A stretch of 64,000 bases of DNA from IMG/VR virus record IMGVR_UViG_3300028840_004475, positions 64,001-128,000 of that record; one strand, 5' to 3'. This DNA comes from a virus. Positions within the stretch are counted from its first letter, which is position 1. Each line of letters begins with the position of its first letter. The notes below the pieces were generated by a model. That model searched no databases. It was not told the origin of the DNA and was given only the letters and a program-made list of their open reading frames with translations. The position numbers and the translations under genes were made by a program. Positions 41,001 to 50,952 of the stretch are shown here, piece after piece.

Positions 41001-41549
41001 ATGAACCCTACTCATATGTTTCTGACAAAAGGGAAGGGAGTCGCCAAAGAGAAGCTCACCAGCTTTGAGATGGCCCTCAGGAACGCAGGCATTGCACAAC
41101 TCAACCTTGTGCGTGTCTCTAGCATCTTCCCGCCTCATTGCGAGATCGTGAAACGCGAGGACGGCCTCAAGTTCTTGCTGCCAGGTGACATCACGTTCGC
41201 TGTCATGTCTGACAATGCAACAGACGAGCCGAACCGTCTCGTTGCTGCATCAATCGGTCTAGCACGCCCTGCAGATGCCGCCATGTGGGGCTACTTGTCT
41301 GAGCACCATGCGTACGGGCAAACCGCTAAGAAGGCAGGAGAGTACGCAGAAGACCTCGCGGCCACAATGCTAGCCACCACCCTGGGCGTCGAGTTTGACT
41401 CCGACAAGGACTACGACGAGAGGAAAGAGATCTACAGGATGGACGGCCGCATCGTTCACAGCCGTGAGATCACACAGAGTGCTGAGGGCAATAAGGACGG
41501 TCTTTGGACTACAGTGGTGGCGGCAGCGATTCTGCTCACAAGACGTTGA
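41001..41549 (+). CDS. pdaD: Pyruvoyl-dependent arginine decarboxylase
   Basis: [23 protein letters not shown] self-cleavage motif, [15 protein letters not shown]. Confidence 0.92.
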   Translation: MNPTHMFLTKGKGVAKEKLTSFEMALRNAGIAQLNLVRVSSIFPPHCEIVKREDGLKFLLPGDITFAVMSDNATDEPNRLVAASIGLARPADAAMWGYLSEHHAYGQTAKKAGEYAEDLAATMLATTLGVEFDSDKDYDERKEIYRMDGRIVHSREITQSAEGNKDGLWTTVVAAAILLTRR

Positions 41550-42159
41550 TCGGTTCTTCTGGTAGGTCACTGCTCTTCAGAATCTTCTCCATCACGCAGT
41601 TGTAAACTACATCGCTATGATCTTTCGAATGTAGTTTCGCAACCTTCACTGCAGCTTCTCTGGCAGCTTTCTTCGAATCCGTGCTCTCAAGGTCGGCGCT
41701 GCCGTAATTGAAATGCTGGAATGAAGTGTCGTCCTCCATCCTGTAGATGCAGGTCGCGTGGGCGCCCCCACGGTACATCGTGGAGATCAAGTAGACCTCA
41801 GCTACTCCCTCCAATTCGCAGACCAGCTTGCCGAACATGAAGCCGTAGTCATCGCAGTCTCCGAGGAACGGCCCCTTCGGGTAACTGTCATAGTCGAACG
41901 TGTTGATCCTGTACTGCATCCACTCAGGGCTGTTGATGTAGTCCCACTTGCCCTTGAACGGGTCACGTTTGTAGCGGCACTTGAGGATGACCTTCTCGAC
42001 TTCGCCTGGAAGCTGGTAGTTCTCGAGCGGCATCTTCTCGGAGTCGTTCTCATGGACGGCGCGGCTCGCACGAACAGCGTTTCTCCTGAGGTCAAGCAGG
42101 AAGAACAGCCTAAACCAGACCTTGATCCAGATTGAGTAGAGTCGTTCCCAGAGTTTCAT
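41536..42159 (-). CDS. Transglutaminase-like/cysteine protease-like protein
   Basis: GDCDDY and AHA motifs. Confidence 0.5.
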   Translation of the reverse strand: MKLWERLYSIWIKVWFRLFFLLDLRRNAVRASRAVHENDSEKMPLENYQLPGEVEKVILKCRYKRDPFKGKWDYINSPEWMQYRINTFDYDSYPKGPFLGDCDDYGFMFGKLVCELEGVAEVYLISTMYRGGAHATCIYRMEDDTSFQHFNYGSADLESTDSKKAAREAAVKVAKLHSKDHSDVVYNCVMEKILKSSDLPEEPINVL

Positions 42160-42523
42160 GGTGCCCTCTAAAAAGGCCGCCGCCGCCCTGGAAGGGGAGA
42201 CAACCAGAACGACGACGGCCGACCGCAGACAATGATAGTACCCTACGGCTTTTCTTTGCTCAAGTTCTCAACGGCGCCTGCCAACCGGTTCATGATTCTC
42301 TCTCTGATGAGGTAGCTCTTCTCAGGTGCGATGATACTCAGCTCATGCTCCAGGACGAGCCTGACGTCCCTGTAGAACTGTTTCTTCAGCCAAGCCGGTG
42401 GTTCACCGTCGCCTCTCGTAGCGTGGACTGGGTAGGCCTTCCAGAGCTTCCTGTACCACTTCTGCCACAGATGCTCGATCGTACCTACAGGGAAGCCGAT
42501 GTGGCCGATGTCTTTCTTGGGTA

Positions 42524-43168
42524 TCAAAGCCGGAACCTGTGCTGGATCATGTCGATGATGCCGTCCGGGCTTTGGTGATCCACATTCCACGGGACGCGCA
42601 TCACTTCCATGCCACGGCTCCAGTGGTGCGTGCCAGACTCGATCTCAACCAACAGGTCGAGGTAGCCGCGACGCAGCCTGGTCAGGTACTCTATATCGAC
42701 ACCGACCTCTGCGTCGCGCGCCCTGGTCTTCACGCGCTCGAGAGAGACTTCAGGGTCAACGTCTAGGTACACCAGAAGGCTCGGAGGCGTGAGAGAGCAC
42801 ATCATGACGCTGAAGAGGTCATCGTAGGTGTGCCACTCGCGCTCGCTGATGTTGCCGTACTCGACGTGCAGCCGACAGAAGACCCGGTCGCCTGGGAGGC
42901 CTCGGTCCAGGACTGAGCCCTTAAAGCCGCCAACGTGGCTGGCCTCGAAGGCAGCGATCTTCTGCATGGCGTAGCGGCTCTTGAGCAGCTCGATCTGCAT
43001 GGGGAACGCCCACCTCTTCGGATCCTTGTAGAAGTCCTTGAGGTAGACGTTGGTGTCCACTGGCTCGAACAGCCCGCGCAGCTCGAGTCCCTTGCAGATT
43101 GCCGTGGTGAGAGTGGTCTTACCGGCCCCTATGGGGCCCTCGATCCAGAGGACGGGTCCGAATGGCAT
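42524..43168 (-). CDS. Deoxynucleoside kinase
   Basis: IEGPIGAGKTT P-loop, EPVD, LDR...D..F, RVK.R.R..E. Confidence 0.92.
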   Translation of the reverse strand: MPFGPVLWIEGPIGAGKTTLTTAICKGLELRGLFEPVDTNVYLKDFYKDPKRWAFPMQIELLKSRYAMQKIAAFEASHVGGFKGSVLDRGLPGDRVFCRLHVEYGNISEREWHTYDDLFSVMMCSLTPPSLLVYLDVDPEVSLERVKTRARDAEVGVDIEYLTRLRRGYLDLLVEIESGTHHWSRGMEVMRVPWNVDHQSPDGIIDMIQHRFRL

Positions 43169-43200
43169 GGCACCTTCCCATCTTGCGGTATTGCCTATAT

Positions 43201-43599
43201 CTACGCCGCACGACGGGTGATTTTGCCACTCTTCTTGGTCTTTTTACCAGCGCGTTTCTGACGGTACTTTTCGTAGTGCTCGTCGAACTTTTTTATGCCG
43301 ATCAGCTCTAGGTCAAACTTCTCGGCATAGTCGGCAAGCATCCACGGGTGCCAGCTGCCGCCCTCGATCTTCCAGAGCCAGGATGGGTGGACACGCTTGG
43401 GACCGGTCCAGGCCTCGATGTCGGCGCCCTTCATGATCCACCGCAGCTGGTCGCGCCCCTTGGAGACGAAGAGAAAGACCTCGCCCTTCTTCAGCTCGCC
43501 TGGAAAGTTCTTGCTCCTCCTGAACTCGTCCATGTTGGTGACGGCATTCTTACGGAAGTCGACGTCGAACAGGACCATTTTGAGACGAACACGCATCAC
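43201..43599 (-). CDS. Hypothetical protein (TnpB-IS66-like N-terminal motif)
   Basis: VDFRK...GEVFLFVSK.RDQL. Confidence 0.45.
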   Translation of the reverse strand: MMRVRLKMVLFDVDFRKNAVTNMDEFRRSKNFPGELKKGEVFLFVSKGRDQLRWIMKGADIEAWTGPKRVHPSWLWKIEGGSWHPWMLADYAEKFDLELIGIKKFDEHYEKYRQKRAGKKTKKSGKITRRAA

Positions 43600-44189
43600 A
43601 ACCGCACCTCCGTTGACAGCAAGTACTTGTAGGTAGCTGTGCGGTTCCTGACGTCGATTGTCACTTCGACGATGTCCTTCTTGTCCAGGATCTTACACAG
43701 CGTACTGAGGATTTTACTATCCCCCTTGGTGATCTTGACGTCATCGTGACGTTTGGACACGGCACGGGCAAACTGCAGATTGGAGTCGTTCAGATCGAAT
43801 GGCTTACCGCCATCAGCAGAAGCAGCAGGAATCTTGACGTTGGGCTTCCCCTGTGTCTTCCTGATCTTCCTGATCACGGCAGTCTCCATGCCGGAACCGT
43901 ATTTCTCCGACATGTGGTCTTTGATCTCCTTGTTGGTCAGTCCGCGTTCGACCAAGACAGCGGCCTCGGCGCGCTTCTTCTTGGCGATCTCACGCGTGCT
44001 TGGGATACCGGCTCCCTTCCTGATGGCACAGATGGACTCTGGTAAGATCTTGACGTCATACTTCTTTTTCACGGCCGAAATAATCTCATCGTGGATCCAA
44101 CCATCATTGATCATCTTGATGACGAACTTTTCGACCGTGGTGTTGATGGCGCTCGGAAGGTTCTTCTTCGACTTCTTCTTCTTGGCCAT
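43596..44189 (-). CDS. Basic putative DNA-binding protein
   Basis: Two repeated HTH-like units; strong RBS. Confidence 0.55.
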   Translation of the reverse strand: MAKKKKSKKNLPSAINTTVEKFVIKMINDGWIHDEIISAVKKKYDVKILPESICAIRKGAGIPSTREIAKKKRAEAAVLVERGLTNKEIKDHMSEKYGSGMETAVIRKIRKTQGKPNVKIPAASADGGKPFDLNDSNLQFARAVSKRHDDVKITKGDSKILSTLCKILDKKDIVEVTIDVRNRTATYKYLLSTEVRL

Positions 44190-44377
44190 GATTCTCCCCT
44201 TGGCTGTAGGTACAGCTACATCCTACATCGATGAATCGCTATTTTTTCTAGGAAATTACTAGAATGCCGCCCCACTCCATCCAGACCCGGTTGGGGGGGA
44301 GAACCAAATACTGGAGTGGAGTGGTAGCGGCAATCGTGATGTTACCACGGCTGCACCGCTCGACTACTAGAAAATCT

Positions 44378-44635
44378 CTACTTGATACTCTGCAGCAGAC
44401 CCTTGAAATGGTCTACCAGAATGTCGCGCTCGCCCGTCCATTCCGCAGCTGAGTTGAGGTCAGAGTCTTCGACCCATAGGCAAGGATTGGCACTCTCTAG
44501 GTGAGCGACGATATCGTCAGCAGCCTCTTTCACCTCAGTCAGTTTGCGCCCGCACTTGTCAAGCTTCTGCTTGCCCTCGGAGCACATTCTTCTGAGGCTC
44601 GAGACCTCATCGTACAGTTCTTCAGGACCAGTCAT
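44378..44635 (-). CDS. Hypothetical protein
   Basis: Coupled small ORF. Confidence 0.45.
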   Translation of the reverse strand: MTGPEELYDEVSSLRRMCSEGKQKLDKCGRKLTEVKEAADDIVAHLESANPCLWVEDSDLNSAAEWTGERDILVDHFKGLLQSIK

Positions 44636-44892
44636 ATCGTCAACGCTATCCCACAGCTTGTACAGATGTCAGCGGGTACGGCGTTCTTGCGGTACGGGAA
44701 TGGCACGAAGTCTTCCCAGTCAATGATGGCTTCAATGGTACCGCCTTCGACACTGGCCTGCATCAGTTCAACCGCACTCCGATCTTCCCAGACCATGGCA
44801 GGCTGCCAGCTGTTGCAACCGCACGCCGGACACGGACCCTTGCTCTCTATGCCGCAGTCACACATCGAGAGCTGCCAGACCGGCATCGACAA
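44632..44892 (-). CDS. Zn-ribbon hypothetical protein
   Basis: CxC/CxxC motifs. Confidence 0.4.
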   Translation of the reverse strand: MSMPVWQLSMCDCGIESKGPCPACGCNSWQPAMVWEDRSAVELMQASVEGGTIEAIIDWEDFVPFPYRKNAVPADICTSCGIALTI

Positions 44893-45253
44893 GTGCTTGA
44901 CCGAGATCGAAGTAGCTGCCGTCAGGGCCCTCTTCCTTCACCCAGACAGTGGCCAGGTAGCGTCCGTACTTGCCGGTCTTGTCCTTGACCGTGTTGATCC
45001 AGACTTCCTTGCCTTCGATCAAGTTCTTGGCGAACTCCGTTGCCTTCTTGCCGAGGGCGTATTCCTCCGAGTCCTTGCGAACACCGTAGGTCTCAGGAGC
45101 ATTGATGCCATGGATGCGAATGCGCTCATGGACATGAACGTGCAGACCACAGTCAATGTCAAAATCCGCCGTATCACCGTCCACTACCCTCGTGCACGTC
45201 GCCTTGTACCAGAACAGTTTGTCTTCCACCGGTGCCTCACTGAAGGCCGACAA
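44858..45253 (-). CDS. Thermonuclease (SNase-like)
   Basis: RVVDGDT, RI.GINAPE, GKYGRYLA. Confidence 0.88.
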   Translation of the reverse strand: MSAFSEAPVEDKLFWYKATCTRVVDGDTADFDIDCGLHVHVHERIRIHGINAPETYGVRKDSEEYALGKKATEFAKNLIEGKEVWINTVKDKTGKYGRYLATVWVKEEGPDGSYFDLGQALVDAGLAALDV

Positions 45254-45515
45254 CGATGTCCGCTGCGCGCACGAAGTCAGCCAGAACGCGGTCGGTGCAC
45301 CAGCTCTTCTCGAGTAGATGGGCCAACCAGTCGCAGAATTCCTTCGGGTTTTTCAGGTGCTCAATCGGAACTTCGTACCTGCCGGCACCCCGCGCCATGC
45401 ACGCGATGACGGTGCCCTGAACGCTCCAGACGTTACCCTCGCGCTCCAACTTCTGGGCTGGCGTCGCGCTGTAATGGGCCCTCATCGCCTCGATGATCTC
45501 TTGAGTGTCCGACAT
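45237..45515 (-). CDS. Hypothetical protein
   Basis: Coupled ORF with RBS. Confidence 0.5.
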   Translation of the reverse strand: MSDTQEIIEAMRAHYSATPAQKLEREGNVWSVQGTVIACMARGAGRYEVPIEHLKNPKEFCDWLAHLLEKSWCTDRVLADFVRAADIVVGLQ

Positions 45516-45674
45516 CTACCTCACCTGTACCTGTTTTTATAACTGTTTCTATCTCGATGTTCAACGTCTTGACGTTGCACACTTCTTCGTGAGCGTTTGC
45601 AACATCTGGTTTTTCGAATTCAGCGCCACAGTTGCTGCAATGCCATATAAGAATACCGTACATCTTGACCCCTC

Positions 45675-46034
45675 CTAATTGGAGGAAGCCAGACACTTCG
45701 ACGCCAGCCTCTTGAGATCTGCATCCGTCAGCTGGGCAAATTGCTCGAAGGCCCAGATATCCGCTGGAAGCGTTGAGAATGCAAATTCGATCTCATTTTT
45801 TCTGAGGTCTATATTCACACACGTGGTACTGCTCTCCAACTGACGGAGACCCACGTGCAAACTTGGGTTTGTTTGGTAGAGACGTATACACAACTTGCTG
45901 ACTGCGTCGATCGGGTCCGGGCAGTTCCTCACGTCGTCTAGCACGGCACGCACATCCTTCAACACGAGCCTGAAATTGGGCTCTGGAAGGTTGATGTTCA
46001 TGCCTTCAGTACCAATCTTGAACGTGATATTCAT
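45675..46034 (-). CDS. Hypothetical protein
   Basis: ORF downstream of a CTAG-box promoter. Confidence 0.45.
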   Translation of the reverse strand: MNITFKIGTEGMNINLPEPNFRLVLKDVRAVLDDVRNCPDPIDAVSKLCIRLYQTNPSLHVGLRQLESSTTCVNIDLRKNEIEFAFSTLPADIWAFEQFAQLTDADLKRLASKCLASSN

Positions 46035-46079
46035 TGCCAGACTATATCACCTACAGGTGCTAGATTGGCTAGAGATTGG

Positions 46080-46334
46080 CTAGATAAAACGAGGCGGCGT
46101 CTCGTTCCACTCTATACAGCCGTCAGTATTACACTTTGCCGATACGTGGCTAGTCCTGCCAACATGCCACCGAATAGTGCCTTGGCAAATCGGACAAGGT
46201 AGTGTGCCGCCAGTGCTCCTGGCTTTTGAACCTACCATCCTGATGATGGACTTCCTGATCTGAGTCTTGGCCTTGATCTCTTCTTCTGAATAGTACTTGG
46301 TCACTTCTAGGCCTAGTCCGTGCCGCCGGAACAA
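46080..46334 (-). CDS. Zn-finger hypothetical protein
   Basis: CPIC...H....C....C. Confidence 0.45.
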   Translation of the reverse strand: MFRRHGLGLEVTKYYSEEEIKAKTQIRKSIIRMVGSKARSTGGTLPCPICQGTIRWHVGRTSHVSAKCNTDGCIEWNETPPRFI

Positions 46335-46813
46335 GGTTCCTCACTGTAGAAGGGATTGAGCCCGCGGCAGCATGAGATCTTCGCGCCACAGCCAAGACAC
46401 ACGTCAAAAGCTGTGAGTGGTGCAGTGGCACCACAGATGATCTTCTGTTGCTCTTCGTTCATGTCGACTTGGTTCAGTTGAGTTGTAGTCTGTGAGATGT
46501 TGATCTTCTGTTGCTTCAGAGTACTGATGCTGAACTCAGGCGACACCACGAAGAACGGATGCTCTCCGATGACTCGTAGCCACCTGCGCCCATTACAGAA
46601 ATTGCAGGTGTTCTTCGACAGACAGCTCATGATATCGGCAAGAGCGTCAGCTTGCTCAACCCACCGAGCATACTCGCTGTGCGTAAGCCCGAGGTACTCG
46701 TGGAGCGGTCTAGTTTCATCGTCACCACTGTCGTGCCACTCCTCGACGTAGTTGTCGATCGCATCCAGCGTGACGGCGCCGTGGGCATAGAGTTCAGCGA
46801 AGCTCTTAGGCAT
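46313..46813 (-). CDS. Hypothetical protein
   Basis: IDNYVEEWH...LHEYLGLT..EYARWV motif plus CxxC; RBS. Confidence 0.55.
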   Translation of the reverse strand: MPKSFAELYAHGAVTLDAIDNYVEEWHDSGDDETRPLHEYLGLTHSEYARWVEQADALADIMSCLSKNTCNFCNGRRWLRVIGEHPFFVVSPEFSISTLKQQKINISQTTTQLNQVDMNEEQQKIICGATAPLTAFDVCLGCGAKISCCRGLNPFYSEEPCSGGTD

Positions 46814-46969
46814 CGTAATCCTCCGAGCCAATCAGAAAGCTCATCTGGACGAAGCACTGAGTACGGAAGTCTTCGTCATCTGACCTCAACGCGAGTCGAA
46901 CAATGGCCTCTATCTTGTCCGCCATCTTCAACGCGTCGGGCCAGTTTGGCGGTATCTTGTTCGGCGTCG

Positions 46970-47335
46970 TCAAGCCATGACCCCTGGCCACATGGCCCTG
47001 TCAAGCCGTTCCTTGAGATGGTTACGCTCGCCGGAGAGCGCCTGGTTCTGTAACCTCAGACGCTTCACTTCGGCAATGAGCTTCGGCATGTTGGTGAGTG
47101 CCTGTACGATGTTGTCGGCATCGAAGTCGCGTGTCGGATCAACAACGCAGACAGGCCCACAGGTGTCAGACTCGACCACAAGCATCTCGCTCTCGCTTGG
47201 CCACGGCATGACCCGATACGGACCCTCAGTGGCTCTGGCGATTTTGACTTCCATGTCGAGCAACTCTTTGTCGCTGAAGCACATAGCGTCCTCTACTCGC
47301 AGTAGTCCATGCAGATCATGAAGGCCTGGTCGCAA
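46970..47335 (-). CDS. Ead/Ea22-like hypothetical protein
   Basis: ATEGPY...DADNI...P.LIAEVKRLR. Confidence 0.5.
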   Translation of the reverse strand: MRPGLHDLHGLLRVEDAMCFSDKELLDMEVKIARATEGPYRVMPWPSESEMLVVESDTCGPVCVVDPTRDFDADNIVQALTNMPKLIAEVKRLRLQNQALSGERNHLKERLDRAMWPGVMA

Positions 47336-47469
47336 TAAATATAGTCATGGTCTTCCAGGCAATCATGCTCTTCTTCTCTGCACGTCCTCTCGCAATAATC
47401 GGTTTGTTGATGCACTGGTACTGTTGCGCAACCGATGAACAACAGCACACTAGCGAGACTTAATCTCAT
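47293..47469 (-). CDS. Small Cys-rich lipoprotein
   Basis: MRLSLASVLLFIGC lipobox plus six further Cys. Confidence 0.5.
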   Translation of the reverse strand: MRLSLASVLLFIGCATVPVHQQTDYCERTCREEEHDCLEDHDYIYCDQAFMICMDYCE

Positions 47470-48529
47470 TTTTCTCGAGGTCATAACGGGTCGAACACCT
47501 TGGACATTTATGGCCACCGCCCCAATGGTCTCGGACCAGCAGCTCGATGCAGTAGACACAACGCGACTTGCTCCAGTGGCACTGAGGACAGTCATGCGTG
47601 CCGGCTTCGATCCTCTCTACCAGTTTCTTCGGTAGTCTTGCCTTGCATTGAGGGCATTCTCGTGCTGGCTTCCACATTTCTTCGTAGGCATTCTGCTCTG
47701 CACCGTAAGATAGTGCAAATTCCTTGGATGCTTTGTCAGCAAATACGTTGAATGCCTTGACAAGAGCCGTGAAGATCGGTTGCAGAGTCTTGTTCATCTG
47801 ATCGGCCAAGTTGTTCAGAGACTTTGCCAAAGCATTGAGTGCACTCTGCGCTTCCTGGACGCCCTTGGAGAACTTTTCACTGTCGGCCGCGATGACGACC
47901 TCCAACGGCTCTTTGTTCTTTTTGTAGAGTTCGATCCTGACCTTCTTGGCGTCCTCCGCTGTGGGTACCATTGTTTTGTGTACCCTGCAGGCTGGGCAAT
48001 CATCGTCACCAGTGCACTCGACGGTGAAGGAATTGGGGCCATTATTTGATGTGCTCTCATACGTCACGGGAATGAACCCGTGATCCTCTGCCCAGATGGA
48101 CTCCAACGTGACAGCGATGTTGGCCGGCGTCAGAAGCGGTGTCATCGTCAATCCATCAAGCTTGTGCTCTACTTCCGTCAGCAAGCTGGCATCAGCCTTC
48201 CTCTTCACTTCGTCAATGAAGTTGCCCGCAGCGAGAAATGTCTGGTACGCAAGATCAGCTGTGCTGATGCTGCCATTGGTCTCTTCGAGAAGTGGGTGAA
48301 TTCCACGACCACAAGTATCAGATAGACGGCGCATCAACGTCTCAGCACTGTAGTCGACACACTTGAACAGGAAGTCGGTGAAGGCTTTTTCGATGCACTG
48401 GGTCTCACCGTCGAGATTCATGTGGACGTCCCACCAAAAGTCTGGACGCGGTTTCAGCTCGATGATGAAGATCATGCTGTCTTTGAACCGATGGTTGATC
48501 CGTGTCTTCAACGCGATGCGGTCGCCCAT
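47450..48529 (-). CDS. Hypothetical protein with C-terminal Zn ribbons
   Basis: AGGAGG RBS; four CxxC pairs. Confidence 0.6.
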   Translation of the reverse strand: MGDRIALKTRINHRFKDSMIFIIELKPRPDFWWDVHMNLDGETQCIEKAFTDFLFKCVDYSAETLMRRLSDTCGRGIHPLLEETNGSISTADLAYQTFLAAGNFIDEVKRKADASLLTEVEHKLDGLTMTPLLTPANIAVTLESIWAEDHGFIPVTYESTSNNGPNSFTVECTGDDDCPACRVHKTMVPTAEDAKKVRIELYKKNKEPLEVVIAADSEKFSKGVQEAQSALNALAKSLNNLADQMNKTLQPIFTALVKAFNVFADKASKEFALSYGAEQNAYEEMWKPARECPQCKARLPKKLVERIEAGTHDCPQCHWSKSRCVYCIELLVRDHWGGGHKCPRCSTRYDLEKNEIKSR

Positions 48530-48619
48530 GGATGCCTCCTTACTATTTGATACAGCATGTGCGCCCAAATCAGACTAGAAAATGGCTAGAATGTGGTAGA
48601 CACGATCAGGAGGTGTTCC

Positions 48620-49042
48620 ATGAGCGACAGCAAACCATCGAAGACCAGCACGCATGTCCTTGGAAATCCACCGAACTTCGGTGAAGTGAGCGTCTCAGCC
48701 TATGCGATCGGGGACGAGAATCTCTCCACCCCCGTCTACATGGCGCCGTCTCTACCTTATAGGACGACACCCCCGAACACCGATTTCCCCATCCCAGAGG
48801 GTCTTGAGTTCCGAGGGCCCAGAGGAGCCCTCACCAGGGAAGGGTTCGAGGCCATGGTCGACCTGATCACCGAAGAAAAAGTGAAGGTGATGCACAGGGA
48901 CGCAGAGATCACCCAGTTGAAGAAGCTGATCCAGGAGATCTACAGCCTGGTCTGCCCTGGATGGGCCGGCGACTTCGGGAACCCGGATCAGCTCAAGGGT
49001 GCTATCTCACGCCGTCTGGCGGACCTCACCGAAAAAAAGTGA
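48620..49042 (+). CDS. Hypothetical protein
   Basis: AGGAGG RBS before the ATG at 48620. Confidence 0.55.
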   Translation: MSDSKPSKTSTHVLGNPPNFGEVSVSAYAIGDENLSTPVYMAPSLPYRTTPPNTDFPIPEGLEFRGPRGALTREGFEAMVDLITEEKVKVMHRDAEITQLKKLIQEIYSLVCPGWAGDFGNPDQLKGAISRRLADLTEKK

Positions 49043-49062
49043 TCCGCCCCTGATTTTTCTGA

Positions 49063-49130
49063 TTGACAAGTACCCCACAAGTACCCTACTTCTGTACCCT
49101 ACAAGTACGTTATAAAACATTCAGGTACGG
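49063..49130 (+). promoter_or_regulatory. Promoter of the Ro60 gene with GTAC-core direct repeats
   Basis: TTGACA at 49063; ACAAGTACCC twice, TTCTGTACCC, ACAAGTACGT, TCAGGTACGG; TATAAA at 49111. Confidence 0.6.
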
Positions 49131-49139
49131 AGCAGGATC

Positions 49140-50873
49140 ATGCAGACCTTCACCGAGGCAACGCGCTGGCGGAAGCCGACCAAGCGCAAGGGCAACGGCC
49201 GCAACTACGCCCAGCAGCGCCAGGTCATCCCAGGCAAGAGCCGGCTCATGACTTCGACCTCGAGCGGCACCAAGGCCTTCAAGGTGGACGACTGGGGTCG
49301 CCTCGCCCGCTTCCTGATCCTGGGAGCAGACAAGCCGACCTTCTACGCGACGAAGCGCCAGCTGGTGCGGGACAACGCGAGGGTGGTCGAGCGCTGCATC
49401 AAGGAAGACGGTATCCGTACCGTGGACCTGATCGCGGAAGTGTCGATTCAGGGCTCGGCGCCGAACAACGACCCGGCCCTGTTTGCGCTGGCAATGTGCG
49501 CGACCCTGGGTGGCCTCCACACCCGCCAGTACGCCCTCGGGCGCCTGTCGGACGTGGCGCGGATCGGAACGCACCTGTTCCACTTCGTGGCCTACTGCGA
49601 GGGTCTCGGTCACGGCTGGGGCCGGAACATGCGACGTGCGATCCGTGGGTGGTACAACGAGAAGGCGCCGGACAAGCTGGCGTATCAGATCCTGAAGTAC
49701 AAGCAGCGTGACGGCTGGTCGCACAAGGATCTGCTCGCTCTGGCTCACCCGCGCACTTCGAACAAGGAACGTGATGCCATCTACCGGTACATCGTGGCCG
49801 GCATCGATGGTCTGGGCAAGCGTACTGTCCTGAAGCACAACGGCCGCCGGAAGGTCCGCAAGACCTACCCGGACGTGTCACGTCACCTGCCGGCGCAGAT
49901 CTTCGCCGCGCACGACGTGCACAAGGTCAGCAAGCGGAAGGCCAAGCAGCTCATCGAAGAGCACCGCATGACCCATGAGATGGTGCCGAACGAGCTGAAG
50001 AACGACCCAGAGGTCTGGGAGATCATGCTCGAGACGATGCCCATCGGAGCGATGGTGCGGAACCTCGGCAAGATGACCAGCATCGGCCTCCTGGACCGGA
50101 TGTCCAGGGCCTCGAAGCTGGTGATCGACCGGCTGGGCGACATGGAGCGGATCCGTCGGGCGCGTCTGCACCCGATCGAGTTCCTCAAGGCCAACCGTGT
50201 CTACGGTGCCGGCCGCGGGGACAAGGGATCGCTGTGCTGGGATCCGGTGCGCGGGATCGTCCGAGCACTGGACGACGGGTTCTACCTGGCCTTCGGCGCG
50301 ATCGAGCCGAGCGGCGTGAACACTGGTCTGTTCATCGACGTCTCTGGTTCGATGGCATGGGACACCTCACGCGTGAAGTCGATGGCGAACATGACCGCAC
50401 GTGAGCTGTCAGGTGCCATGGCCCTGGTGACGGCGAACGTGGAGCCGTACTGGGAGATCATCGCCTTCTCCGGCGGCTACGACTCGCTCGAGGAGATCCC
50501 GATCGAGCCCGGCATGAAGCTGGACACGGTCGTGAACAGGATGGAGCGTATGCGAGCCGGCAGCACGAACCTGTCGCTACCGTTCGAGTACGCACGTGGA
50601 CGCGGTGTCCCGATCGAGACGTTTATCGTCTACACAGACAACGAGACGAATCACTTCGGCTCGCTGCATCCGTCGGAGGCACTGCGCAGGTACCGGAAAG
50701 AGACCGGCATCGACGCGAAGCTGATCGTGGTCGGCATGGTGGCGAACGACATCTCGATCGCTGACCCGACCGATCACGGCATGTTGGATGTAGTTGGGTT
50801 CGACACGAACGCTCCGTCAGTGATGGCGGACTTCGCGAAGGGCGCCTACGAGATCGACGTCGAGCAGGGCTGA
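49140..50873 (+). CDS. rsr: Ro60/Rsr TROVE-domain RNA-binding protein
   Basis: DDW.RL.RFLILG....FY, RIGTHLFHF, KYKQRDGWSHKDLL.LAHP, A..RNLGKMT, vWA MIDAS DVSGSM, YTDNET, DPTD.GMLDVVGFD. Confidence 0.97.
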   Translation: MQTFTEATRWRKPTKRKGNGRNYAQQRQVIPGKSRLMTSTSSGTKAFKVDDWGRLARFLILGADKPTFYATKRQLVRDNARVVERCIKEDGIRTVDLIAEVSIQGSAPNNDPALFALAMCATLGGLHTRQYALGRLSDVARIGTHLFHFVAYCEGLGHGWGRNMRRAIRGWYNEKAPDKLAYQILKYKQRDGWSHKDLLALAHPRTSNKERDAIYRYIVAGIDGLGKRTVLKHNGRRKVRKTYPDVSRHLPAQIFAAHDVHKVSKRKAKQLIEEHRMTHEMVPNELKNDPEVWEIMLETMPIGAMVRNLGKMTSIGLLDRMSRASKLVIDRLGDMERIRRARLHPIEFLKANRVYGAGRGDKGSLCWDPVRGIVRALDDGFYLAFGAIEPSGVNTGLFIDVSGSMAWDTSRVKSMANMTARELSGAMALVTANVEPYWEIIAFSGGYDSLEEIPIEPGMKLDTVVNRMERMRAGSTNLSLPFEYARGRGVPIETFIVYTDNETNHFGSLHPSEALRRYRKETGIDAKLIVVGMVANDISIADPTDHGMLDVVGFDTNAPSVMADFAKGAYEIDVEQG

Positions 50874-50882
50874 CACGAGTTT

Positions 50883-50943
50883 GAGGGCCGGACGGCTTGG
50901 GTTATCTTGCAACGATACCCCCCAGGCCAAACACTTTGCCCTC
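50883..50943 (+). ncRNA. Y RNA 1 (minimal)
   Basis: GAGGGCCGGA..CTTGGGTTATC...CCCAGG..ACTTTGCCCTC; Ro-binding-type stem with bulged C. Confidence 0.8.
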
Positions 50944-50952
50944 TTCAAGTTT

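Noticed and set aside
43201-43599. IS66 element
   Set aside because: Only a weak TnpB-like motif; no transposase or terminal inverted repeats.
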